Origin: Alphaproteobacteria bacterium
GTDB taxonomy: Bacteria > Pseudomonadota > Alphaproteobacteria > Rs-D84
Reading direction: 5' to 3'
NCBI GenBank assembly: GCA_024402765.1
Contig: JAKSTC010000003.1
Span: forward strand, 16,112-80,111
DNA length: 64,000 nt
In this document: positions 1-8,736 of the stretch, piece by piece
Layout: every line of letters begins with the position of its first letter
Numbering within the stretch: position 1 is the stretch's first letter
Position numbers and translations under genes: made by a program
Notes under the pieces: model-generated
What the model was told of the DNA's origin: nothing
The model's database searches: none
What the model saw: the letters and a program-made list of their open reading frames with translations, nothing else

Positions 1-17
1 GTTGTTGGTCGTGCCAG

Positions 18-1130
18 ATGTTTTCTGATGTAATGATGGCGATGTCTAATATTTTGCCGGTTGCGTTTAAATCAATTGGTATTGTTGTTGCACCTTTTGC
101 AATCGGATTAACGGCGGTATGGTTTGCATGGAAGTTGGTGTCGGGATATCTGGGTGGCGATGCCAAGGTTCAAGACCCATGGGCGGTTGGTGGTGGCTTG
201 GGACTGCATGTCGCAAAATTGAGTTTTGTGTGTGCACTATTATTTATGCCATTACCACGTTTATTAACCGATGTTATGATTGAACCGATATTCAATATTG
301 GTCTGTCGCTAAATCATGTTGTTTCAGATATTGATAAGACCGCACAAACAAATTACGCAACATGTATTGTTGCGACCGCTGCTGCCGATTCGGTGTCTGT
401 AAATAATACCACTGGTGCATTTTCACCAAAACTGCGGCACAGTTTGGCATGTGAATTGGCAAATGTTCATCAAATGACGGGTTTGGGGATGACTGTTGGT
501 TGGACGATGTTAAATATGGCATTTGATTATGACTATACACACAAGATTTTGTGGAAAATACCAATATTTCCGAATGTTCCAATTTTCTTTGCGGGTTTAC
601 TGGTTTTGACATTGTTTTTGTTGGCATTATTGCCAGTGCCATTATATTTCTTAGAAGTGTTTATTAAATTGTCGCTTGATTTGATAATGTTGCCGTTTTT
701 CTTGCTTGCGTGGTTGTTTGATGGTTGGAAAGTTGTGCCGGCGGGGTCTGGTAAAACAAACATTCAAAAAATTGTGGATGATGTTGTGTCCGGAACAGTT
801 GGTATTGCGATGGTTGGGATATTTGTAACATTTGCGATAATGTTTTTGAATGCGGTGTTCGGTATGTGGGACGGTGCATCGGTTTTACAGACGGCACTAT
901 CACAAAACGATTCGAAATTATTAATAGATGGCCTGATGATGCGTAATGATAGCCTGGTTACAATAATATTGATGGGAATCTTTATGGCGATGTTTATGAT
1001 AATGATTCCTGCACTGGTCAAGACTTTGTTCAATGTTACGGTGCCGGATGGTTTTTATAATACTACTAAAAAAGATTTAAATATTATGTGGAATGGTCTT
1101 AAAAACTGGTGGTCCGCAATAAAAAAATAA
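18..1130 (+). CDS. virB6: Polytopic membrane protein, TrbL/VirB6-like type IV secretion component (tentative). The frame stays open to the left window edge, so the true start may lie upstream.
   Basis: 370-aa ORF with one N-terminal TM segment, a ~110-aa hydrophilic Cys-containing loop, then 4-5 more TM segments, which is the VirB6 topology. virB8/9/10 occur in the same window. No diagnostic motif recognised. Confidence 0.45.
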   Translation: MFSDVMMAMSNILPVAFKSIGIVVAPFAIGLTAVWFAWKLVSGYLGGDAKVQDPWAVGGGLGLHVAKLSFVCALLFMPLPRLLTDVMIEPIFNIGLSLNHVVSDIDKTAQTNYATCIVATAAADSVSVNNTTGAFSPKLRHSLACELANVHQMTGLGMTVGWTMLNMAFDYDYTHKILWKIPIFPNVPIFFAGLLVLTLFLLALLPVPLYFLEVFIKLSLDLIMLPFFLLAWLFDGWKVVPAGSGKTNIQKIVDDVVSGTVGIAMVGIFVTFAIMFLNAVFGMWDGASVLQTALSQNDSKLLIDGLMMRNDSLVTIILMGIFMAMFMIMIPALVKTLFNVTVPDGFYNTTKKDLNIMWNGLKNWWSAIKK

Positions 1131-1198
1131 AAAATCAAGCGGTTTATTTAACATCACCCCCTTTTTTCTTTCCTCCGAATCTGATATACTGGTATGCG

Positions 1199-1708
1199 AT
1201 GAGACAAAATCCGATTCTTTATTGGCCACGCAAAACATCAACTGATACAGAATACCAGTTGGCGCGCAAGGCGATAAATTCCCAAACCGGTGTCATGCCA
1301 GAGGTTATACATGATAATCTAGATTTGTCTGACATTATGGAAAAAAATCCCGAATCGATTGTGTATTATCCTGTTTTTTGCGAATCGACTGGTTGGTGGG
1401 GTGAATTATTGGGCGCGGACGCGGTTGTTGTGGATAAAATTATCATTTCGCCAGAATGTCAATTAATGGTTATAAAATCTGATACTATCGCAGAAACCAA
1501 GGGTCAAAATCATTTGTTCGCTGCAGAAATTTGTCCCAGCAGTGGTTTCTTTAAAAAGATGAGTTCGTCTATCGCAACGATTACGGATATGCTCGCCACG
1601 GATACAGGAACGATATTGGCGCTGTTTTCCGGTAAAAATCAGAATCAGTTTATAAATATCTTGGAATCTACGGGAAATTCATATTTGGGTTGTATTGGGC
1701 GGTATTAA
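1199..1708 (+). CDS. Hypothetical soluble protein (169 aa from ATG 1199)
   Basis: Long ORF. The track start at 1109 overlaps the preceding stop region, and ATG 1199 (MRQNPILYW) is the first ATG. No recognisable motif, signal peptide or TM segment. Confidence 0.5.
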   Translation: MRQNPILYWPRKTSTDTEYQLARKAINSQTGVMPEVIHDNLDLSDIMEKNPESIVYYPVFCESTGWWGELLGADAVVVDKIIISPECQLMVIKSDTIAETKGQNHLFAAEICPSSGFFKKMSSSIATITDMLATDTGTILALFSGKNQNQFINILESTGNSYLGCIGRY

Positions 1709-1773
1709 TTACTTGATTTATCGAAAATACTTTGTATAATCGTGGGACTTAAAATATCAAAAAGGGTTATATT

Positions 1774-1986
1774 ATGAAACAAGGAATTCATCCTGAATAT
1801 TATGAAATCAATGTTACACGCACTGATGGTAAAACTGTAAAAATGTATTCTTCGGTCAAGAAAGATTTGGTTTTGTCTACGGATAATTTGAATCATTCTG
1901 CGTGGACTGGTCAACGTAATAATGAATCAGCCAAGGGTCAACGTGCCGCTGAATTTAAAAGTAAATTTGCTGGGTTTAAATTCTAA
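1774..1986 (+). CDS. rpmE: 50S ribosomal protein L31
   Basis: MKQGIHPEYYEINV N-terminus typical of L31; 70 aa. Confidence 0.95.
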   Translation: MKQGIHPEYYEINVTRTDGKTVKMYSSVKKDLVLSTDNLNHSAWTGQRNNESAKGQRAAEFKSKFAGFKF

Positions 1987-2000
1987 ACTGGGGCAAAAAA

Positions 2001-2705
2001 ATGGAATTGCTGATAAAGGGTTCAACGGAATTAAACAAAATGTTCGCAGCATTGGAACGAACTGCGTCTGGTCTGCGTCATGACTTTGGTGAGGTTGAAA
2101 ACCTGCAGCAATCGATTCGTGGTGCGCGTGATTTTGTTAAAAAAGCATCTGAGCGAATAGAAGAAAGTATTTTATCCGATTTGTTGTTGGTTCGCCCGTC
2201 TGCGGGTTTGCTTACGCCAAACGTGTCACGCGAAGGGGATGGTCGCGACGAATTTGTTTTGGCAATTTCTGGGGCATCTAATTTCGTGCGTGCGAATTCG
2301 CATTTTGCAATTTCATTGGCATTGCGTTCAAATGGTGAAACAAAAATAGGCTTAATTTATTCCCCAATTACAGAACAATTGTTTTATGCAGAGGCGGATG
2401 CCGGTGCATACACTTATTCTGCATTTCATTCTGCGCGTGTTCGTGTTTCCAATATTTCTGATTTGTCTGAATCAACAATCGCATATAATACATCAGATGC
2501 GCGTTCATTGGTTGGTGATGTCCGTCGGACGGGTTGTCCTGCGTTGGATATGGCGTGGGTTGCATGTGGCCGGTTTGATGGTTTTGTTTCTGATGCATTG
2601 GACTATGCGGAAATCGCCGCAGCAGAATTGATGTTGCGTGAGGCAGGCGGTAAAATAACTATGGATGCCGACCTGATCGCAACAAACGGCAAAATAGAAT
2701 TATAA
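2001..2705 (+). CDS. Inositol monophosphatase (SuhB) family protein with a degenerate metal-binding motif
   Basis: The C-terminal ALDYAEIAAAELMLREAGG resembles the WDxAAG..REAGG motif. FVLAISGASNFVRA occupies the place of W.LDPIDGTxNF, and both Asp residues are lost. Confidence 0.7.
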   Translation: MELLIKGSTELNKMFAALERTASGLRHDFGEVENLQQSIRGARDFVKKASERIEESILSDLLLVRPSAGLLTPNVSREGDGRDEFVLAISGASNFVRANSHFAISLALRSNGETKIGLIYSPITEQLFYAEADAGAYTYSAFHSARVRVSNISDLSESTIAYNTSDARSLVGDVRRTGCPALDMAWVACGRFDGFVSDALDYAEIAAAELMLREAGGKITMDADLIATNGKIEL

Positions 2706-2777
2706 AAATGCGCTGAAACGGCGCATTTGTTTTTCATTTATCTTGCAATCGTAAAATATTCAGATAAAATTATATGT

Positions 2778-4820
2778 ATGCAATTTAAATCTTTCTGGCG
2801 TAAATTTTTAAATGTTATGTTTTGGGTGATAACCGGTGGAATCGGGGTGTTGGCGGTTACACTTTTGATATTTGGAAATGATTTACCTGACTATAAAAAT
2901 CTGGCGACTTATGCGCCACCAGTGGCATCGCGCCTGTATGCATCAGACGGTTCACTGCTCATAGAATATGCCGAAGAAAGACGCGTGTTCTTGGACTTTA
3001 ATGATATGCCACCACAACTGGTTAATGCGTTTATTGCCGCCGAAGATAAAAATTTCTGGACACATCCGGGAATTGATTTTATGGGTATTGTTCGTGCAAC
3101 CGCGAATAATATTATGCGCAAGGCGGGATTTGGTGGTGATTTTTCTGGGGCATCAACCATCACGCAACAGGTTGCAAAAAATTTCTTTTTAACATCTGAA
3201 CGCACCCTGTCGCGTAAGATTAAAGAGGCTATCCTAGCATTACGGCTCGAGCGTAGTTTTTCCAAACAACACATTATGACACTATATCTAAATCAGATAT
3301 TTTTGGGTGCGCGTGCGTATGGTGTTGCGTCGGCCGCATTGATGTATTTTAATAAACCTGTATCTGAATTAACTTTGTCTGAATGTGCGTTTTTAGCATC
3401 CCTGCCCAAGGCACCAAATGACAGGGCGCGTGCGGTTGAACGCCGTAATTATGTTTTGCGTCGTATGGTGGAAGAAGGCTTTATTACACAAGCACAGGCC
3501 ACAGAAGCCGCCGCCGAAGAATTAAATATCAATAGTGGCTTTACCGAACAAATGGAGGAAACATTCCAATATTTTGCCGAAGATGTTCGCCGCCAATTAT
3601 TGAATTCTTTGGGACGTGATGCTTTGTATAACCAGGGGTTATATATTAAAACAACGATTAATCCTGAATTGCAACGTGCGGCATCAAACGCATTGAACAA
3701 GGAATTGGATAATTATAATGCAGACAAATCAGATGAAAAATTACAGGGTGCAATATTTGCAATGAATCCGCATACTGGGCGCGTTGTCGCAATGTCAGGT
3801 GGCCGTAGTTTTAGGGAAAGTTCTTTTAACCGTGCAACCCAGGCATATCGTCAAATTGGTTCAACAATAAAGCCATTTGTGTATTTGGCGGCACTTGAAC
3901 GTGGTTATTCGCCAGAGGCATTATTGTTGGATGCGCCTATTGTTGGATGGCGTGAAAACGATACTTTATGGAAACCCGAAAATTATGATAAAAAGTTTTT
4001 AGGTGAGATACCACTTCGTCTGTCACTTGAAACATCGCGTAATGTTACGACCGTTAGATTGGTTCAACAAATTGGTGATATTAACGCGATAGATGTTGCA
4101 CAACGTTTTGGTGTGTATCCGCAAAATATGTCTGATATCAATTTATCCATGGCATTGGGATCTGGGGAAACGACATTGCAAAAATTGGTTTCTGGTTATT
4201 CTGCATTTGTAAATGGTGGACATGTTATTAAACCCAAATTAGTGGACTATGTTGAAGATAGGTATGGTAATGTTGTTGGGGGTGAAAAGACTAAAATGGA
4301 AAAATGGTCGCCAGATTCGTTGCCGACAATAGAAGAGAATGATTCAGAAACCTTATCTGATCCACAAAGTCTGTATCAGTTGGTATCAATATTACAGGGC
4401 GCAGTTGAACATGGTACCGGTAAACAGGCACGTGTGGCGGGTCGTACTATTGCAGGGAAAACAGGAACCACAAATGATGTTAAGGATGTTTGGTTTATCG
4501 GTTTTTCCAAGAATTTAATTACAGGTGTTTATTTGGGTTATGATACACCGCGTCCATTGGGTAAAGGGGCGGGATCGCACATGGCGGCGCGTGTTTTTGC
4601 AGAATTTATGACAACCGCACTCGCGAACGAAACGAATCAACCTTTTGCTGTGCCAGACGGCCTACATTTTGTGCGTGTGAATCGTGCAAATGGTGTTGCG
4701 GCAAGCCAATCATCCGATGGAATTATAATTTTAGAGGCTTTCAAAGAGGGTCAGGGACCAAATCCTGTTAACAGACAAACCGATGTAAACAAAAAAGCGG
4801 TTGTAGGTGGCGTATTTTAA
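2778..4820 (+). CDS. mrcA: Bifunctional class A penicillin-binding protein (PBP1A: glycosyltransferase plus transpeptidase)
   Basis: GT51 motifs (AAEDKNFWTHPGIDFMGIVRA, TITQQVAKN), SxxK (STIKPF) and KTGTT. N-terminal TM segment. ATG 2778 preferred over the TTG at 2727 used by the track. Confidence 0.9.
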   Translation: MQFKSFWRKFLNVMFWVITGGIGVLAVTLLIFGNDLPDYKNLATYAPPVASRLYASDGSLLIEYAEERRVFLDFNDMPPQLVNAFIAAEDKNFWTHPGIDFMGIVRATANNIMRKAGFGGDFSGASTITQQVAKNFFLTSERTLSRKIKEAILALRLERSFSKQHIMTLYLNQIFLGARAYGVASAALMYFNKPVSELTLSECAFLASLPKAPNDRARAVERRNYVLRRMVEEGFITQAQATEAAAEELNINSGFTEQMEETFQYFAEDVRRQLLNSLGRDALYNQGLYIKTTINPELQRAASNALNKELDNYNADKSDEKLQGAIFAMNPHTGRVVAMSGGRSFRESSFNRATQAYRQIGSTIKPFVYLAALERGYSPEALLLDAPIVGWRENDTLWKPENYDKKFLGEIPLRLSLETSRNVTTVRLVQQIGDINAIDVAQRFGVYPQNMSDINLSMALGSGETTLQKLVSGYSAFVNGGHVIKPKLVDYVEDRYGNVVGGEKTKMEKWSPDSLPTIEENDSETLSDPQSLYQLVSILQGAVEHGTGKQARVAGRTIAGKTGTTNDVKDVWFIGFSKNLITGVYLGYDTPRPLGKGAGSHMAARVFAEFMTTALANETNQPFAVPDGLHFVRVNRANGVAASQSSDGIIILEAFKEGQGPNPVNRQTDVNKKAVVGGVF

Positions 4821-4891
4821 AAAAAATCTGTAATCTGATTTGTTTTAGCGTATTTTTATGATAAAATATGTCTAAAAGCAAAGGAGATTTT

Positions 4892-5980
4892 ATGCTTACA
4901 GATTACTTCTTATCCCATGGAATAACATTTTTTGCAAGTGGTTGGATGCAATTTGCATGTGCGTTTGCGTTGTCGTTTTTAATAATGGCAATTTTTGGAA
5001 AGTCTTTTATCGCATTGATGCACAATTGGCAAAAACAGGGGCAACCAATCAGTGAAAATCTGCCAGAAGCACATCGGAAAAAAGCAGGTACACCAACAAT
5101 GGGTGGAATTTTAATTTTGTTTGCGATTTTTGTTTCTGCGATTTTGTTTATGCCACTTCATAATTCTGCAGGTTGGGTTGCGTTGCTTGCATTGGCGATG
5201 TTTGGCATGCTTGGATTTATGGACGATTATAAAAAAGTAAAATCACAATCTAAAAAGGCATCAAATGGTTTGTCGCCTGCGTTTCGATTGATCGCAGAGG
5301 GTGTTTTTGTCGTAATGTTGGCATACCTGATAAACAAGACAATGCCATCGTATATCCCAGGGCTGTCTTTGGCGATACCATTTGGAATAATTATTCCGTT
5401 GGGTATATTTTATTATGTGTTTGCGTATTTTGTTATTTGTGGTTCTGCGAATGCAACGAATATTACAGACGGTTTGGATGGTATGTTATCGAAATTATAT
5501 TTACCAGTATTGATAGTCTTAACGGTTGCGTTGTATGGTGCAACCAGAATCGGTTTTATGGATACGGTTATGTTCCTACCTTCGGCGAGTGCGCTGTATG
5601 CGCCACTGGGTGCGGCATTCGGTGCAGTGATTGGATTTTTGTGGTTTAATTCAAAACCTGCAGCCATATTTATGGGTGATGTTGGTTCGCTTGCACTGGG
5701 TGGATTTATGGGAACGGTTGCGATGTTATTAAAGTCAGAAATTGTTATGGCAATTTCCGCAGGAATGATGGTTTTGATATTACTGTCATCTTTCTTGCAA
5801 ACAGTTGGGTTCAAAATAACACGCAAATTGACAGGAACAGGTAAAAGAATATTCCTGCGTGCGCCCCTGCATCACCATTTCGAAGAACTGGGGTGGCCAG
5901 AATCAAAAATTGTTGAAAGATTTTTTATAATTTCTGTTTTGTTTTCAGGATTGGCATTGGTGTTGTTAAAGTTCGCGTAA
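4892..5980 (+). CDS. mraY: Phospho-N-acetylmuramoyl-pentapeptide transferase
   Basis: NATNITDGLDGM motif in a polytopic membrane protein. AAGGAG at 4881-4886 sits 5 nt before ATG 4892, so this start is preferred over ATG 4868. Confidence 0.93.
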   Translation: MLTDYFLSHGITFFASGWMQFACAFALSFLIMAIFGKSFIALMHNWQKQGQPISENLPEAHRKKAGTPTMGGILILFAIFVSAILFMPLHNSAGWVALLALAMFGMLGFMDDYKKVKSQSKKASNGLSPAFRLIAEGVFVVMLAYLINKTMPSYIPGLSLAIPFGIIIPLGIFYYVFAYFVICGSANATNITDGLDGMLSKLYLPVLIVLTVALYGATRIGFMDTVMFLPSASALYAPLGAAFGAVIGFLWFNSKPAAIFMGDVGSLALGGFMGTVAMLLKSEIVMAISAGMMVLILLSSFLQTVGFKITRKLTGTGKRIFLRAPLHHHFEELGWPESKIVERFFIISVLFSGLALVLLKFA

Positions 5981-5997
5981 CCATAGGATTGTTATAA

Positions 5998-7143
5998 ATG
6001 TTGACCACCCATAGAACAGATGATAGTAAATTAACAGATTGGTATTATGGGGTTGATAGACCTTTGCTGTTTTGTGTTTTGTTGTTGATATTGATTGGTG
6101 GGGTTGCTGCTATATCTACTGGGTCGGCAATGATGGTGTTCAAAAAGTGGCACTGGTATCATTTTATTTTAAATATGTTGCCATTTTACATTGTTGGTTT
6201 TGCTGGTATGGTTGCCGTCAGTATGACGAATAAAAAGTGGGTTTTATGGATTGCGTGGGCAAATGTGATAATTTGTACTCTTTTATTGGCATTAACAAAA
6301 ATAATGCCGTGTGGAACATACGGTTCTGAACGTTGGGTGTGCTTTTCTGGAATTAAACTAATGCCGTCTGATATATTAAAACCTGGGTTCGTGATGTTGT
6401 CTGCTTGGTTTATTACAAAAATGAAAGAGTGTTATGGTCCCGATGTTTTTATCAAAGATGCGTTTCAAATTAAGAATCACTATAATTGGTGGTATTATTT
6501 GGTAGTTGTATTTTTTGTATTGTTGATATTGGTATTGCAACCTGATTATGGAACTGCGATATTATATTGCGGTGTTGTTGGTGGATTGTTGATTTTTGCA
6601 GGATTACCAAAATTGTGGATAGGTGTTGGTGTCGCATTTATGGTGGTCGGTGGCACTTTTGCATCTTTGTTTGAGCCACATGTCCACAGGCGTGTTATGG
6701 CATTTATTGCACCCCTGGACCCCACCAGCCAGGTTGGGCGATCTATAAACGCAATTCGTCAGGGTGGACTATTTGGTATGGGGGACGAGGCAAGTGTTAC
6801 AGAAAAACTGCCGATGGCAGAAAACGATTTTGTGTATGCGGCATTGGTTGAAAATTATGGCGCGATTGGTGGGTGTTTATTACTGGTATGCTGTGTGTAT
6901 ATGATTCAGCGTTTAATCACAGATGCACGTGGTGCACGCGATCCATTTGTGTATTATGCCACATTGGGGGTTATGCTGATGTTTGCTATTCAGATTTCTA
7001 TTAATCTAGCAACAACATTACATATTATGCCACCTACGGGAATAACATTTCCTTTTGTGTCATTCGGGGGCAGTGCGTTTTTAAGTTCTTGCTTGATGTT
7101 CGGTATGGTTTTGGCAATAATTCGTGAAGATAAGTGGAAATAA
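5998..7143 (+). CDS. ftsW: SEDS-family peptidoglycan glycosyltransferase (FtsW/RodA)
   Basis: About 10 TM segments, conserved PLPFVSYGGS-like motif (TFPFVSFGGSAF), and position between mraY and murG. Confidence 0.85.
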   Translation: MLTTHRTDDSKLTDWYYGVDRPLLFCVLLLILIGGVAAISTGSAMMVFKKWHWYHFILNMLPFYIVGFAGMVAVSMTNKKWVLWIAWANVIICTLLLALTKIMPCGTYGSERWVCFSGIKLMPSDILKPGFVMLSAWFITKMKECYGPDVFIKDAFQIKNHYNWWYYLVVVFFVLLILVLQPDYGTAILYCGVVGGLLIFAGLPKLWIGVGVAFMVVGGTFASLFEPHVHRRVMAFIAPLDPTSQVGRSINAIRQGGLFGMGDEASVTEKLPMAENDFVYAALVENYGAIGGCLLLVCCVYMIQRLITDARGARDPFVYYATLGVMLMFAIQISINLATTLHIMPPTGITFPFVSFGGSAFLSSCLMFGMVLAIIREDKWK

Positions 7144-7159
7144 GCCAAAGGGGGCACGC

Positions 7160-8206
7160 ATGAAAATTTGGATTGCAACAGGTGGAACGGGTGGACATGT
7201 TTTTCCGGCACTTAGTGTCGCAACCGAATTGGCAAAACGCGGACATAAAATAACAATTTCTTGTGATGGTCGTGTGCATGATATGGTTAGACGCGATGCG
7301 CCACGTGGGGCAAAAATTGTTCATATTTGGGCATCGGGTGTTGGTGCAAAAAGTATAATTAATAAATGTTATTCATTGTTTAAAATATGTGTGTCTGCGA
7401 TTGCGTTAATTTTGCGTTTTATGGTATTTAGACCAGACCGTGTTGTTGCGTTTGGTGGCTATGCTTCTGTGCCGGCGGTATTTGCGGCGCACGTATGGGG
7501 GGTGCCAACATTTCTGCATGAACAAAATGCTGCGATTGGACGCGCGAATAAGTTTGCTATGCGCTGGGTCAAAACATTGATGACCAGTTTCCCAACCGTA
7601 TCCGGTATGCCTGAAAATTCGCAAACGCGTGTTGTTTATACTGGCCTGCCCGTTCGGGTAGAGATTATGGCGATGGCGGGGCATCCTATTCCAAATAAAT
7701 CGAATTTGTTGGTAACGGGTGGCTCATTGGGGGCGCAAATATTGGATGATGTTGTCCCAAGTGCAATTGCGGCGATGAAAAATAAAAAGATTTTTGTTAC
7801 ACACCAAACGCGTCCTGAAAATGTTGCGCGGCTCCAGGCATTTTATGCCCAGAATAAAATTCATGCAAATGTATTGTCGTTTATTCATGATATGGCGGGT
7901 GCGATTGCTGAATCTGATTTGATTATCGGGCGTAGTGGGGCGAGTACGGTCATTGAACTTGAAACAATCGGTCGTGGTGCGATATTGGTGCCACTGAACA
8001 TTAACCCAGACCAGGCAGCCAACGCAGCATCGTTTGCGCGTTTGGGTGGTGGTTTTGCGATTGAACAAAGCAAGTTCACACCAAAATGGTTAACTGCAAC
8101 ATTGTCAGAATTATTTGATAATCCGTTGCGCCTGAAAAAGATGGCAGAAAAGTCATTGGTGAAAAACGAAGCAGTGGAAAGGATTGTCCAACTGGTTAGC
8201 AAATAA
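7160..8206 (+). CDS. murG: UDP-GlcNAc:lipid I N-acetylglucosaminyltransferase
   Basis: MKIWIATGGTGGHVFPAL N-terminus. AAAGGGGG precedes ATG 7160, and the ftsW stop is at 7141-7143. Confidence 0.93.
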   Translation: MKIWIATGGTGGHVFPALSVATELAKRGHKITISCDGRVHDMVRRDAPRGAKIVHIWASGVGAKSIINKCYSLFKICVSAIALILRFMVFRPDRVVAFGGYASVPAVFAAHVWGVPTFLHEQNAAIGRANKFAMRWVKTLMTSFPTVSGMPENSQTRVVYTGLPVRVEIMAMAGHPIPNKSNLLVTGGSLGAQILDDVVPSAIAAMKNKKIFVTHQTRPENVARLQAFYAQNKIHANVLSFIHDMAGAIAESDLIIGRSGASTVIELETIGRGAILVPLNINPDQAANAASFARLGGGFAIEQSKFTPKWLTATLSELFDNPLRLKKMAEKSLVKNEAVERIVQLVSK

Positions 8207-8285
8207 TTAAACCCGTCCAGAGGAACGGTTTTTGTTGTATTTCTCGTGCTTTTTTATTTTGCACTTACTTTCTGTGTATTGTTTA

Positions 8286-8314
8286 TTGCAAAATTGTTTT
8301 TTTATATGTATCAT
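8286..8314 (+). promoter_or_regulatory. Sigma70-like promoter candidate for tRNA-Arg
   Basis: TTGCAA (8286-8291), 17-nt spacer, TATCAT (8309-8314), about 10 nt upstream of the tRNA 5' end. Confidence 0.35.
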
Positions 8315-8324
8315 TATGTGCATT

Positions 8325-8400
8325 GTCCCCATAGTTCAACTGGATAGAATAAGGGTTTCCTAAACCTTTGATGCAGGTTCGATTCCTACTGGGGATACCA
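8325..8400 (+). tRNA. tRNA-Arg, anticodon CCU, CCA encoded
   Basis: Hand-folded cloverleaf. Acceptor GTCCCCA/TGGGGAT. D arm GTTC-AACTGGATA-GAAT. Anticodon arm AGGGT-TTCCTAA-ACCTT. 4-nt variable loop. T arm GCAGG-TTCGATT-CCTAC with one C-A mismatch. Discriminator A then CCA. 76 nt in total. Confidence 0.85.
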
Positions 8401-8406
8401 AGAATT

Positions 8407-8552
8407 TGTAGTCACAGTAGGAAGCGAACCGGTCAGAGCGACCTGGGTTGGGTCGCGAAAGGTTCGACACGATAGTTGGTGCGAACAAGCATAGCGCAGT
8501 TCACACCTTACGGGTGGAAAGGGGCCCATTGTGACAACAATGGGAATTACAA
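8407..8552 (+). other. Hairpin-rich 146-nt segment lying between the two copies of the tRNA-Arg 3' end
   Basis: Hairpins read directly: GCGACC-TGGGTTG-GGTCGC nested inside CGAACC...GGTTCG; CACC-TTACG-GGTG; CCCATTG-TGACAA-CAATGGG. No credible ORF. Confidence 0.3.
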
Positions 8553-8578
8553 TCCTACTGGGGATACCAAGAATTGTA
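8553..8578 (+). repeat. Direct repeat: second copy of the tRNA-Arg 3' end plus trailer (att-like)
   Basis: TCCTACTGGGGATACCAAGAATT at 8384-8406 is identical (23/23) to 8553-8575, and GTA follows in both copies after a 1-nt indel. Confidence 0.85.
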
Positions 8579-8599
8579 TAGCGACAAGTAGGTATCTTT

Positions 8600-8692
8600 G
8601 TCATTGCGAGCGAAAGCGAAGCAATCCAGGTATAATAATGACAATGACATATTTACTGGATTGCCACGGTCGTTGCACTCTCTCGCAATGAC
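8600..8692. repeat. 93-bp palindromic (MITE/REP-like) element
   Basis: GTCATTGCGAG (8600-8610) pairs with CTCGCAATGAC (8682-8692), and CAATCCAG (8622-8629) pairs with CTGGATTG (8657-8664). The centres of the two arms have diverged. Confidence 0.7.
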
Positions 8693-8736
8693 AAAAGGCG
8701 TTCATGCCTTTTATAAAAATAAACAAAGGACAAACA

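Noticed and set aside
8325-8400. Group I intron in tRNA-Arg(CCU), as I recall being reported in Agrobacterium
   Set aside because: The anticodon loop (TTCCTAA) is uninterrupted and the tRNA folds as a continuous 76-mer. The extra sequence lies 3' of the CCA, not in the anticodon loop.
8407-8575. Two-piece (permuted) alphaproteobacterial tmRNA, or another tRNA-like gene ending at the second CCA
   Set aside because: There is no T-arm (GGTTCGA-type loop) before the second acceptor 3' strand. There is no complementary 5' acceptor strand, no G-U alanine identity pair, and no tag-like reading frame ending in AA-stop.
8386-8691. Track ORFs 8386-8604 (minus strand) and 8476-8691 (plus strand)
   Set aside because: They lie over the tRNA-Arg 3' end, the duplicated att-like repeat and the palindromic element. 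The second uses a TTG start and ends in the peptide artefact typical of the palindrome.
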